Source of the DNA: the human T2T-CHM13v2.0 reference genome, Homo sapiens
Assembly: GCF_009914755.1 (NCBI RefSeq)
Contig: NC_060934.1
Direction: 5' to 3' (one strand)
Length of the DNA: 64,000 bases
Positions 15,922 through 30,470 of this stretch are shown here, piece by piece; within the stretch, counting starts at the first letter, position 1; every line of letters starts with the position of its first letter. The notes below the pieces were generated by a model that worked only from the letters and a program-made list of their open reading frames with translations, searched no databases and was not told where the DNA came from. The position numbers and the translations under genes are program-made.

Positions 15922-16426
15922 TTGATTATGATATAGAAAAATGTCAGCTCCTTTACTAATGCAGATAATAAAATCCAGCACAGGCTTAATAACTACCCTA
16001 ACTTGGAAAAAGCAATGAATGTAAGTGATATTTTGAGATATGCTATGAAAATATCAGTGATTTCCATTGCTAACAAAGTCCCAGGTATGGCTAACATTCC
16101 TGTGGTTTGTTGCCTACATTCATAATAGAAGAAAATGCTAAATTTCAGTTGGAGATTTGTGAAAATACAGATGATTATTTCTCATATAAGTCCAGGATCC
16201 CCTGGAATTCTCTTCCCAGGCCCTGGGAAATTCCAGCCATTACGAGCACACAGCTTTAGCGCTTGAGGAAAGCCTTCTTTATAACCCTCCAGGCCTAAAG
16301 TGAGGGCTCTAAATTCAAACTTTTTGGTTTGGGGTGATCTGTTCCTGGCTTGGCCCAGCTGTGTGAACTTGCCTCTCTGAGCCTCTGTTTCCTCATCTAT
16401 GGTTGGACACCAATACCTGCCCCTTA

Positions 16427-16834
<408 letters not shown>

Positions 16835-17212
16835 TCAAAAATCCCCTTCTCTATCCATGATGGATGGCAAGATAGAAAGCTTTTTACATCCATGTTTTCC
16901 AGAACCTCATTTTCTTCCTTCCATTCAGGGTAAACAACACAACTAAGCCAGACCCTGACTCTTCCTTCTATCTTAGTCTTTTGGGAGCCAAGATTGGCAT
17001 CTTGTTTTCACAGACCCTAAGTTGTCTAAAACTTTTACATACCAGGGGGTGGTCTGGGATCCTATCAGGGGCCATAAAAGACCATAGGCAGCAAAGATAG
17101 GGGATCAGCAGGGATATGCTTAAACAATTCACTGGAAAAAGGAAGCCACAAAGGGAGGTTTATATGCAGGTGTCCAGGCATTCTAGTTATGTGCCTTAAG
17201 ATAACCAAATCC

Positions 17213-17506
17213 GGGGTGGGGGGAGGGGGGAGGGATAGCTTTAGGAGATATACCTAATGCTAAATGACGAGTTAATGGGTGCAGCACACCAGCATGGCAC
17301 ATGTATACATATGTAACTAACCTGCACATTGTGCACATGTACCTTAAAACTTTAAGTATAATAATAATAAAATAAAAAAGAAAAACCCAATAATAGTTCT
17401 ACAACATTAAAAATTATAGTCAAAATAATTTAAAAATACATAACTCATATTTTTGTAATCAGAAGAAATGTTTATTAAAAATACAAAAACATAAAAAAAA
17501 CAAAAA
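17213..17506 (+). mobile_element. 5'-truncated young L1PA (L1PA3-like) 3' end plus ~107-bp 3' transduction
   Basis: L1 3'UTR ggggagggatagc..cctaatgctaaatgacgagttaatgggtgcagcacaccagcatggcac..aagtataataa; A tail to 17385; unique AT-rich segment 17386-17492 with ATTAAA; second A tail; perfect TSD aagataaccaaatcc at 17198-17212 and 17507-17521. Confidence 0.9.
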
Positions 17507-17553
17507 AAGATAACCAAATCCCTGGCTGAAGATGGCAGACAGGAATGCACTAA

Positions 17554-17887
<334 letters not shown>

Positions 17888-18954
17888 TAGTCTCTTCTGT
17901 TTTAATACTGAACATTTCATACTGAAATCTTTTTTTAAACTATGAGATAGGATAATACTAACTAGCTCATAAGATAATACTAACTGGCTCATAAGATTGT
18001 GGATTGATTGAGATAATGCTTATGGAAGCTCTTGTCCAACCCGAGCTGAAGCTGCAACACCACTGGGAGGGGATTTGGGTGCTCTCCACCCCCTTACCCC
18101 AAGAACTGTTTGCACGAATTGATGTGCACATCAGTTTGGTTCTTAATTGAGAGAAAATGGTGGAGTTCCTCCCACCAACCTCTGCCTCAGGAGTACCTGG
18201 GAGGGAGGGGAGAATGGAGGGCATGAACCACTGTTTTTGTCTCCCTGTCCCCTAATACTGGGGTGGGGAAGGAGCTATGTTTATATGATACTTTTTGAAC
18301 TTGTGCCCAAGCACTGTTGGCTCAGAGTCCAAGGGACAAAATGTGACACTGAACAAACAGGGAGAGGGCAGGTCTTCCCACATCCCTTGCATTCTGCCCA
18401 AAGGGGCCACCGGCAGGGGCCCTATGGAGAGCAATGACATAGTGGGGAGAGGGGATAGTGCCTCACAGAGACAGAATATCATGAGAAACTCAGTGCTGTG
18501 TATATGGAGATCAGAATCCCCTGGGAATTCTGGAAAATAAGTGTTGGGGGAGAGGGAAGATGTCAAGCAAGGCCTAATTTGATGAGCAGATGGGGGCTGG
18601 GAGCTGGCAAGAATCTACTATTAATGTCGACATTACCTCATTTGCACTGCTTCTCTTTTGAGCCTGGGACATAATGAGTAAAGCAACATCTTCCCAGAAA
18701 CCCAAGAAATTCCTCTTCTATTTCTGAGTCTGAGATATAGTAAAGTATCACACATATACTTGCTTACTAGCAATATTGTTGTTAAGGTATTACTCTGCTA
18801 TCAACTATGTAGGAGAAAGGTTAACAGAGTCAAATGGCTGCTTGTTAATGACCTGGGATTCAGTCAGGTTTCTCTGATACGAAAGCTCATACTTTCTCAT
18901 TCTAGGATAACTTTTCCCCTAAATTTATCTTGGAAAAAAAGAAAATATGTTCAG

Positions 18955-19532
18955 TAAGTTAAACATAGAAATACCATATGCCCCAGCAATTCTACTCCTA
19001 GGAATATATCCAAAAGAATCCAGGACAGATAATCAAACAAAAACTTGTACATGAATGTTCACTGTTCCTAATAGCCAAATATGTAAACAACCCATATATC
19101 TACAAACTGATGGGTGGATAAACAAAACGTGATATGCCCATACAACAAAATGGTCTTGAGTCACAAAGAATGAAATACTAATACATGCTACAACATGGAT
19201 GCACCTTGGAAACATCATGATAAGTGAATGAAGCCAGTCATCAAAGACCACTCATTGTATGATTCCAAATATGTGTTATGTTCAGAAAAGGAAAATCCAT
19301 GGAGACAAAAAGCAGATTAGTGTTTGCTGGGGTTCAGGGTAAGGGGAATGGGGAGTGACTGCTAATGGGTACAGGGTTTCTTTTGCAGGTGATAAAAATG
19401 TTCTAGAATTAGATTGTAGTGACATAACAGCTATACAACATCATAAATGTACTAAAAGCCATTGAATTGTATACTTTCAAAATGGTTAAAATGGTGTGTT
19501 TTAGGGGTTTTTTTTTAACCATAATAAAAAAG
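18955..19532 (+). mobile_element. L1MB 3' end
   Basis: aaacatagaaataccatatgccccagcaattctactcctagg..gaattgtatactttcaaatgg. Confidence 0.85.
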
Positions 19533-19856
19533 AAAACAGCAAGGAGCGAGTATTTAAATAGGAACATTAAGCACATTCCAGCACTTTCCAGGTGCTCTGT
19601 TTCCCAGAAATCTATTTTCTGGATTTTTAGTACAATAAGAACTTCCCCATTTGGAACTACTTAGGCAACTTCATCTAAGCAGAGCACAGCTGAGAATCAG
19701 GAAGAAAACCCAGCTCTAAGGTTCTCCTTCAATGTCTGTGAGAAGAAGCCTGAAGGGTGAGCTAAGTCCATCCATGTGTTATAACTTGGTATGCTCCTGG
19801 ATTATAGTGATTCTCTGAGTTATCAAGACAAGGTTAATTCCATCCTGAGTTTCTAG

Positions 19857-20223
<367 letters not shown>

Positions 20224-20534
20224 TAATTATGTAGTCCTTGATTCTTTTCTGAGAACTTTGAAGACTTGAATGGAGTTTTAGGATAGACTCAATTTTGTAA
20301 TAAACTCATGTTCTTCAATGTGCTTGATTAGGACATTACTCTGAACCTAGGACCAAGTATTGAAAGATAAGTGTTCCACTGAATAGCCACAACAACTCCA
20401 ATATGACACTGGACCTTGGGTTTTTCAACCGTGGGACAGGGTGGTCTTCAATACAAGGCTATTATGAGAGTTAAATATGATACTGACAAGCTATTAATTA
20501 TTGGGTTGGCAGCAAGAATTCTCTGGGCTAATAC

Positions 20535-20760
20535 AGTACTAATAATAGCTAACATGTATGATGCATTTGTGCATTGTACATATTATGCATAGGCTAAGCA
20601 CTTTACACAACATCCATGTACATATATGGGATAAGTTCTTCTTTAGTCCCAGTTAGCACATAAAGAAACTAAAGGCGAGATAGTAAACAACTTATCCAAG
20701 GTGCCAGAGCCAGTAAATGTTTGAGCCAAGATGTGACTCCAGCAGCCTGAGCACTGCCTC
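20535..20760 (-). mobile_element. MIR
   Basis: aataatagctaacat..gctaagcacttta..aaagaaactaaagg. Confidence 0.55.
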
Positions 20761-20896
20761 TTGTGCATAATATATTACATTTTTCATATAATGTCAAGGA
20801 AAAAGTCAAGCAGAACTGAGGGATGTAATCAATGCTTTTAAAAGTATCTTGAGTATCTTTGTATGAAATGGCATCCAAAATCATTGGAGCCACCTC

Positions 20897-21071
20897 AAAG
20901 CTGGTTGTTCGCATTTCTTTGAAAAATCCACACTCAGTGACATTCATTTCAGTAGCTTGAGATCAGCCATGGTAGGAGTATTTACATTATGGAAATTAGC
21001 AAATGCTCCTAATAAGGGCTTTTTTTTTTTTTCCCCAGAGAGCCTATTAAACATTTGCCAGCATACCACTA
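20897..21071 (+). mobile_element. MER63-type hAT-Blackjack MITE
   Basis: agcttgagatcagccatggtaggagtatttaca..aaacatttgccagcataccact. Confidence 0.75.
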
Positions 21072-21446
<375 letters not shown>

Positions 21447-21552
21447 TCATTTGCAAAGCTGCAAATATAAACCCACGAAAGCAAGAGGACTTCTCTTGAT
21501 CAGTCTCAACTTTAAAAGAATGAGAAGAAAATCATAACAGAAAGAAACCTGA

Positions 21553-21851
21553 GGCTGGGCACAATGGCTCACGCCTGTAATCGCAGTACTTTGGGAGGCC
21601 GAGGCAGGCAGATCAACTGAGGTCAGGAGTTTGAGACCAGCTTGGCCAACATGGTGAAACCCCATCTCTACTAAAAATACAAAAATTAGCCGGGCGTGAT
21701 GGCGGGCACCTATAATCCCAGCTACTCGGGAGGCTGAGGCATGGGAATTGCTTGAACCCAGGAGGCAGAGATTTCAGTGAACCGAGATCACACCACTGCA
21801 ATCCAGCCTGAGAGAGCGAGACTCTGTCTCAAAAAAAAGAAAAAAAGAAAG
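21553..21851 (+). mobile_element. Alu (AluSx-like)
   Basis: Dimer with A tail. Confidence 0.95.
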
Positions 21852-21859
21852 AAACCTAA

Positions 21860-22185
<326 letters not shown>

Positions 22186-22705
22186 TTAAGCAGCCTCTGG
22201 ATTTGTGCTTTTCCCAGGCACAGCTTCCATTCTTTGAAACAGACACTGAACATCTAAATTGTGTTGTCCTGTTTAGTCCTTCCACCAAGGCAGGCAATAG
22301 ATACTATCACTATCTGCGTTTTAAGAATGAGAAAACTGAGCCTTAGAAAAGTTAAGTAACTTGTTTGAGCTAGAAAGTGGCAAAGCCAAGATTGGAATCT
22401 AGGTAGTGTAAATTCAGAACTCACCTTTCTCCACCACTGGGCTTCAAAATAGCTTCAATATCTTTGAATTCACCATTTCCCTTAGGTGCCGTTGCTTAGG
22501 ATATTCTTAAACATCTTGGCAAAAACTAAAATGGAGGCAGTTGGACAAACCACCCAAGGCCAAACCATATTGGTGATTTGCACATATGATCTCAGTCTTG
22601 TCCTTAAGGTTTCAGGGACCCCACATCAACAGGTGCTGAGAGAGAAGAAACTAGTCTGGAGCAGGAAAAAAAACAAAACGAAGCATCGAATAAAACAAAA
22701 AAGCA

Positions 22706-23099
<394 letters not shown>

Positions 23100-24126
23100 T
23101 CAGGTATAGTTCAGGGTGCCAGGGATAAACCAAGACCAAAGCAGTCGAGTCTCTGCACTAGAGTTTATACTCGACCACAATAATGATCATTTATGGAGTG
23201 CTTGCTGTGTGCCAGCACCCTGCTAAGCATTTATACTCATTGTCTTACCTAATCCTTGAAACAAGATGTTGAAATAAGGGCATGACCAGCTGGTACCCTT
23301 GGCAAGTTGCTTGAGCATTCTGTGGTCATTTCCCAGGTATGTAAAATGGAGATAATATTGAACTACTTCACTGGGTTGTTGTGAAAATGAAAGGAAGCGA
23401 TAATTTGTATGTAAAGAGCTGACCATAGTGTTGGTCCATAATATGCCATCTGCGCTAGCTTTTTGTTAGCACAAAAAATACTTTTTTAATAAGAAAAGTA
23501 CTATGAGTAGTGCCATCTCACAGATGTGAAAACTGAGGCTCAAGTCTCACAATCAATGCTGACTGCCTGTCCACTGTACCATATTGCCCTTGGAAAGTGG
23601 GAAGCAGGAAGGGACCAGGTAGAACAGGCTGAATGCCTATTGAGTCTGAAGAGAAAAAGTGGAAAGAGAAAAGTCGTGGCAGAGATAGGAGTCATATGCA
23701 GACTTCTAGGATGCAGAGTGACGCAGTTTGGACAGTTCCCACCTATGAAGGGCGTTAGAAAGGCGAGGCTCTCTAATTAGCCTAAGCTCTGGGTCATCTC
23801 TAGGGAAACTTTCCTGGCTGCCACCTATCCCCAACTGTCTCCTGCCAGCCCAGAATAGGTGTCCTTCTACCCCCATAAACATTTCCATAGCCCCATGAGG
23901 TTCTTTCTTTCTCACCATGCACCACATTGCACTAGAATTTCCTGTTTGGGTCTCTGTGTACCTTTCAAATCTTGGAAATCTCTCCAGCCTCAGCACCCAG
24001 TACTCCCGGTTACAGCTCAGTAAATGTCTGGACAATAGACTGCATTTATGATCAAGAAGCACTAAATCTTTCACCTCAAGGAGAAGCTTATAGGCATAAA
24101 CACTTACTTAGAAAAGTGAGTTGAGG

Positions 24127-24425
24127 GCCGGGCACGGTGGCTCACGCCTGTAATCCCAGCACTTTGGGAGGCCGAGGGGGGCAGATCACGAGGTCAGGAG
24201 ATCAAGACCATCCTGGCTGACACGGTGAAACCCTGTCTCTACTAAAAATAAAAAATAAAAATAAAAATAAAAATTAGCCGGGCATGTGGCAGGCGCCTGT
24301 AATCTCAGCTACCTGGGAGGCTGAGGCGTGAACCCGGAGGCGGAGTTTGCAGTGAGCCAAGATTCCGCAACTGCACTCCAGCCTGGGTGACAGAGCGAGA
24401 CTCCGTCTCAAAGGAAAAAGAAAAA
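24127..24425 (+). mobile_element. AluY-like with a small deletion
   Basis: gatcacgaggtcaggagatcaagaccatcctggctgacacgg; TSD gaaaa(g/a)tgagttga. Confidence 0.93.
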
Positions 24426-24458
24426 TGAGTTGAACGTTAGGGCCTTTACCTACTAATA

Positions 24459-24776
24459 CAGTAGTTACCCCTTATCCATGGTTTCAGTTGCTAGTGGTCA
24501 ACCACAGTCCAAAAATATTAAGGTATTTAGGGATAGAGGGGAGAAAGTCATGCCACATTCACATAACTTTTATTACAGTGTATTTTTATAATTATTCTAT
24601 TCCATTATTATTTATTGTTGTTAATCTCTCACCATGTCTAATTTATAAATTAAACTTTATCATAGGTATGTATGTATAGGAAAAACATGGTATATATAGG
24701 GCTCAGTACTATCATAGTTTTAGGCCTCTACCACAGGTCTTGGAACGTCTCCCCCGTGGATGAGAGGGTCTCATTG
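24459..24776 (+). mobile_element. MER44/Tigger7-type TcMar MITE
   Basis: TA-flanked, cagtagttaccccttatccatggtttcagtt..ccccgtggatgagaggg..cattg. Confidence 0.8.
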
Positions 24777-25475
24777 TACCTAAAAAAGGATGCTCATGCT
24801 TCTGCCATATACAAAGGAAGTTGTTACAGTTTTTAGTATCCTTAAGGGGGTTTGAATAAGGTGTCCAAGTTTCTCAATGTCCTGGAAACAACCCTCAGAA
24901 TAGGTGAGCTATCACAGGTCACAGAGCTGAGACAGGCCATGGATTGCCTGGCTGTGCCATGATTTGTCTAACCATCACAGAGCTTGTAGGTTAGGTGCAT
25001 TTGACTCTTCCAAGCAATGCTAAGAAGGCATTCTGAACCTATAGCCTTGTACTGTTGTGTAAATACATTCCTAGGGGGAAATTGCTAGGTCAAAAGCATT
25101 CTCATAAAGATTTCATTTTAAAAACTCAAATATTAGAAAGTGCCCATGTGAAACCTGGCTAATGACAGTTACCTCAAAGGCAAATACCTCAAGTACCTTT
25201 TCCATGGACATGTTATTTATCTATTCTGACTCTAAGATTTCACAACTCTCGCAGCTCTGTGTTCTCTGAGATTGACATTGCAGTAAGCAGCAGGAATGCC
25301 CAGGAGAACATGTCAAGAGGAAGAAAAGACAAAGTCAGAGACAGCAAGAAAAACAACATAGAAGAAACTGAAATAGAAAAGATGGCTTGGGGCTGAAAGA
25401 AAGGCATTTCAAAGTCAAAAGAAGAGGAAAAATAAGGCTAATCTTTACCTGAAAAAGGATCTTTTAAAATTTTCT

Positions 25476-25808
<333 letters not shown>

Positions 25809-26478
25809 CTAGTAAATAGGTTCTGATAAGAAAAGCAATGTCCTGAAGTAGGAAGAGATCCCTTGTTTTGCAGACGGAGAGATGAGTCTCAGGGGCCAAC
25901 TGACTTGCTCAAGAACACGTGGCTAGTTGAGGACCAGAGCTGTGGCTCCTCAGTCTTGCTGCATCATGGCCTTTATTTTTCCTTCCATTTTTCTCCACTT
26001 ATCCCTTTATAATTACTCTACTTAAGCAATATAGATTATTCATTCAAAGCTGGAACATCATTTTCTCATTTCAGTGAGTTTAAATAGCGATGACGGAGCC
26101 TGTTCTTAGTGTTTAACAATCAAAACCAATTATGACTCTTTCTTTCCTTCATGTAATAAAACACACTGTCCTTTTCAGAATGTAGTGTTTTTATTCTATG
26201 ACATCAACAGGCTAATGAGAACAATAATATGGCAACAAAACCTCCAGAGAAGATGTGTACTAAATATAATCAAGTAAGCCCAGTTATTCAGGATTGTGGA
26301 AATAGTGTCATGGATACAAAATAAAGAATAAAAGTAGCTCAAAGGATGCTGAACTCATGAGCATGAGTCAGGGCACACTCATGTGTGTTCATCCCAGTGA
26401 TAAGACCAGCTACAACAAGCTCAATTTCCTTCTGCCCTTTGGAGGGCATTGACAAGCCTCTGGATACTTTCTTGGTAT

Positions 26479-26742
26479 TGAATCCAAATTCCTCAAACTG
26501 CCCACGCTATGCTTGGCAAACCCAGAAAATGTTCCCACTTTGTCCCTATAGCAGAGGAAAACTGAGTCAAGAGCCACCCTAAGCACTTGTTCAATTAATT
26601 ACCCATCCATTCATCCATCCATTTATCCATCTCTCCTTTCATCTATCCCTCCCTTCTTCCGTCCATCTATCAAACATTTGTTGAGCTCCCACCATGTGGG
26701 AGTTCAGTTAGTGAATATGGAAATGGCTCACTAATTGGAAAT
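26479..26742 (+). repeat. Donor segment A of a local duplication
   Basis: Direct copy at 28381-28643, about 16 differences in 264 bp. Confidence 0.93.
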
Positions 26743-27227
26743 AACAACGCAGTCTTGACTTTTGGCTTTTTACTATCCCTGGGTGTTTGTTCCTTGTTTA
26801 TAGAGAGGGATAGCCAATCCTGAGGTTTTGGTCCAGCTATGGAATTTATATGGATGTGGTTGCTCTTCTCTCTGTCATTCTGTGTATAGCTAGAGAAATG
26901 AAGCAAGAAAAAAATGAATATTAAAGGCAATCCTATTTTTCTTGGACTCTAATTTGAAAAGCACATTTTTTTTTTGAAATCCAAGGAAGAGTATTTGCCA
27001 ATGAGCCCTTCAATGAGGCAAAAAGAATTCCAGTGGATCCCAGGAAGACAGTCTGTGTTTAGGAAGGAAATATCCTGGGAGGTCCCTTTCTCTTGCATAG
27101 AGGATCCTGGCCTAGTCCAGCACTAGAGGCACTTGACACCAATGCCACTAGGAAATTGCATCCTCAGTTGTCTAAGGGGCTCTGGTCATGACCCTGCCCT
27201 TTTTCTTCCTTGGCAAAATTGCCCATA

Positions 27228-27394
27228 TTTCAGTTTCAGGGGACTGAAGAATCTACAGTATTCCCCTAAGATCCCAGGATAGGTTCATAAAATGTGACTA
27301 TCTGAAATTGAAGGAAGGAGAGTGACAAAAGTAGATGAGACAATCTATTCCTCCCTCACCCATCAAGACTGTAAGCTCAATAAGGACAGGAACT
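27228..27394 (+). repeat. Donor segment B of a local duplication (overlaps an L2 3' end)
   Basis: Inverted copy at 28654-29122, interrupted by an Alu. Confidence 0.92.
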
Positions 27395-27480
27395 CTGTTA
27401 ATCATGTTCATTGTTTTATCCCTAGGGCCTGGCAATATGATATTCAATGCTTAGCAAATATTCATTTAATTAATAATAGT
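27350..27480 (+). mobile_element. L2 3' end
   Basis: agactgtaagctcaataaggacaggaactctg..gttcattgttttatccctagggcctggca..aaatattcattt. Confidence 0.7.
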
Positions 27481-27629
27481 TAATTATTAATTTTATAATT
27501 ATAATTTTATAAATATAAATTCATGCAAATTATAAAACTGTTGCAGTCTTCTCAGGAAATATTTGTAGCACCCAAACTGCTAAGTAATAGAAAGTACATC
27601 AGACTTAGAGTAAGAAAGCTTGAGTCTGA

Positions 27630-27947
27630 TTTCTTTTTCTTTTTCTTTCTTCCTTTTTTTTTTTGAGACGGAATCTCACTCTGTCACCCAGGCTGGAGTG
27701 CAGTGGCTCAATCTTGGCTCACTGCAACTTCCACCTCCCAGGTTCAAGAGCGATTCTCCTCTCTCAGCCTCCCGAGTAGCTGGGATTACAAGTGCATGCC
27801 ACCATGCTCAACTAATTTTTGTATTTTTAGTAGAGATGGGGTTTCACTATGTTGGCCAGGATGGTCTTGAACTCCTGGCCACAAGTGATCTGCCAACCTA
27901 GGCCTCCCAAAGTGCTGGGATTACAGGCATGAGCCACCGCACCCAGC
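27630..27947 (-). mobile_element. Alu (AluS)
   Basis: Dimer, TSD tgagtctgat. Confidence 0.95.
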
Positions 27948-28115
27948 CCCTGAGTCTGATCTCCATTTACTAGCTGTGGGTACCAATTTTCATGTCTTTA
28001 AAATGGGATCAATAGCATCTACCTCACAGAGTTATTGGGAGGATTAAATAGAATCACATATTTAAGAGGCCATAGCACAATGCCTGACACAGTGATATGT
28101 TCTTAAGAAATGCTA
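27948..28115 (+). mobile_element. MIR
   Basis: tttactagctgtg..aaaatgggatcaatagcatctacctcacagagttattgggaggattaaat. Confidence 0.7.
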
Positions 28116-28170
28116 GGGGACTGCGCAAATCTTAGCAAGAGGCCTACAGTGAGCCTAAAATGGAAGCATC

Positions 28171-28302
28171 GCTGGGTGCAGTGGCACATGCCTGTAGTCC
28201 CAGCTACTTGGGAGGCTGAGATGGGAGGATCTCTTTAGCCCAGGAGTTTGAGTCCAGACTGGGCAATATAGCAAGATGATGCCTCTAAAAAAAAAAAAAA
28301 AA
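28171..28302 (+). mobile_element. FLAM Alu monomer
   Basis: Single monomer with A tail. Confidence 0.85.
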
Positions 28303-28380
28303 GTTATAAAAAGGGAACACCAATGAAAATGTAACCACTGAAAGAGAAGCTAAATTCATGAAAATTATGAGGACAATAAC

Positions 28381-29122
28381 TGAATCCAAATTCCCCAAAC
28401 TGTCCAAGCTATGCTTGGCAAACCCAGAAAATGTTCCTACTGTGTCCTTATAGCAGAGGAAAACTGAGTCAAGAGCCACCCTAAGCACTCATTCAATTAA
28501 TTACCATCCATTCATCCATCCATTTATCCATCTCTCCCTTCATCTATCCCTCCCTTCTTCCATCCCTCTATCAAACATTTATTGAGCTTCCACCATGTAG
28601 GAGTTCAGTTAGTGAATATGGAAATGGCTCACTGATTGGAAATCAGTGAGGACAGTTCCTGTCCTTATTGAGCTCACAGTCTTGACAGGGTGAGGGAGGG
28701 ATAGATTATCTCATCTACATTTTTTTTTTTTGAGACGGAGTTTCATTCTGTTGCCCAGGCTGGAGTGCAGTGGCCTGATCTTGCCTCACTCACTGCAAGC
28801 TCCGCCTCCCCGCCATTCTCCTGCCTCAGCCTCCCGAGTAGCTGGGACTACAGGCACCTGCCACCATGCCCAGCTAATTTTTTATATTTTTAGTAGAGAC
28901 GGGGTTTCACCGTGTTAACCAGGATGGTCTCGATCTCCTGACCTCATGATCTGCCTGCCTCAGCCTCCCAAAGTGCTGGGATTACAGGCATGAGCCACCG
29001 CGCCCAGCCTATCTCATCTACGTTTGTCACTCTCCTTCCTTCAATTTCAGATAGTCACACTTTGTGAACCTATCCTGGGATCTTAGGGGAAGACTAGATT
29101 CTTCAGTCCCCTGAAACTGAAA
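28381..29122. repeat. Composite duplication: direct copy of A joined to inverted copy of B
   Basis: 28381-28643 equals A; 10-nt junction; 28654-28718 plus 29022-29122 equals the reverse complement of B. Confidence 0.92.
28720..29009 (-). mobile_element. AluY-like inside the duplicated segment
   Basis: ctgcaagctccgcctcc, gccattctc, caccgtgtta; TSD tatctcatctac at 28707-28718 and 29010-29021. Confidence 0.93.
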
Positions 29123-29150
29123 ATCATTTGTCGTCCTATTATAGTGACAA

Positions 29151-29452
29151 TTTTTTTTTTTGATATGGAGTCTCACTCTGTCGCCCAGGCTGGAGTGCAG
29201 CGGCACTATCTTGGCTCACTGCAACCTCCACCTGCCTTAGCCTCCCGAGTTCAAGCGATTCTCCTGCCTTAGCCTCCTGAGTAGCTGGGACTACAGGTGC
29301 ATGCCACCACGCCCAGCTAATTTTTTGTATTTTTAGTAGAGATGGCATTTAATCATGTTAGCCAGGATGGTCTTCATCTCCTGACCTCGTGATCCACCTG
29401 CCTCAGCCTCCCAAAGTCCTGGGATTATAGCCGTGAGCCACCGTGCCTGGCC
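29151..29452 (-). mobile_element. Alu (AluSc/Y-like)
   Basis: Dimer with an internal ~20-bp duplication. Confidence 0.93.
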
Positions 29453-29789
29453 TATAACGGCAAAAATGTTTTATCACTGATATGAAAAATATTTTTTAAA
29501 GGAAAATCAGTGGAAAAGTTTTGCTGGTGTTTCTTTGACAATTGTCACTGCTGAGCTTATTTTCATGTGAACAAGACAGGCTTTCAGCTTTCCTGAGTTG
29601 TCAAGTGATAGCTTAATAAAATTTGCTTTCCAAGTACTTATTCAGAAAAATTATCCAAAATTTGGAAATAAAGCAAAGACATTGTTGTGTGTCCTTGTTT
29701 CAATGACATACTAGAGAACTGTCCAAGAAGCTCACTTAGAGATCATCTTGTGCTCTTGGAATTATTATTTTGCTTCACTTACTCTTTAC

Positions 29790-30164
29790 TATTTATATGA
29801 ACTGAATGTTTGTGTCCCTCCTCAAATTTGTATATTGAAGCCTTAACCCCCAGTGTGGCTGTATTTAGAGATGGGGTGTCTAAGAAAGCAATTAAGATTA
29901 GATGAGGTCATAAGAGTGAGACTCTGATGTGATAGGATTAGTGTCCTTATAAGAGACACCAGCTTGAACACACTGAAGAAAGGCCAGGTGAGGACACTGT
30001 GAGAAGGTGGCCCTCTGCAAGCCACAAAGAGGGCTCTCACCAGAAGCCAAACCAGCCAGAACCTGGATCTTGGATGTCAAGCCTCTACAACTGTGAACAA
30101 GTTAATTTATATATTTTAAACCACCTAGTCTTGGTACTTTGTTGCGGCAGCCTGAGCTAAGACA
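29790..30164 (+). mobile_element. MaLR LTR (MLT1A-like)
   Basis: tatgaactgaatgtttgtgtccc..gttgcggcagcctgagctaagaca. Confidence 0.85.
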
Positions 30165-30334
30165 TTATTGCTTAACGTTCAGACTCTGTAACGTTGGGCA
30201 TTCACTTGTAGAAGATCGACAAGTTGCTTGTGGATGTTTCTAGTAGAGATGTAAATTATTTCTATTTGTAGAAATGAGAGTGCAAAGATCAGTTTTACTG
30301 ACCTGTAGGACAGTAACCATTTTATATCTAATGT

Positions 30335-30470
30335 CATCTGAGTTTCAGTTTTCCTGCTTTGTAAAACACCAATAACAGTTCCTCCTTCATAGGGTTGTTG
30401 TACCACTAAATGTAACACATGTAGCACTTGTAGGGCACTGCCGGACACGTAGTAAGCTTTCAATTAAATT
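30335..30470 (+). mobile_element. MIR
   Basis: tctgagtttcagttttcctgctttgtaaaa..ttcatagggttgttgt. Confidence 0.65.

Larger units (their letters stand above)
14612..16215 (+). mobile_element. Charlie4-like hAT element fragmented by an L1MB and two Alus
   Basis: ttcttaacctttt..cagacccctttggcagtct (14615-14690); resumes ~15183-15310 and ~15930-16210 (tgtggtttgttgcctacattcataatagaagaaaatgctaaatttcagt). Confidence 0.65.

Noticed and set aside
26355-26370. actcatg-ag-catgagt hairpin overlapping an AP-1 motif
   Set aside because: A 7-bp stem is expected by chance in 64 kb.
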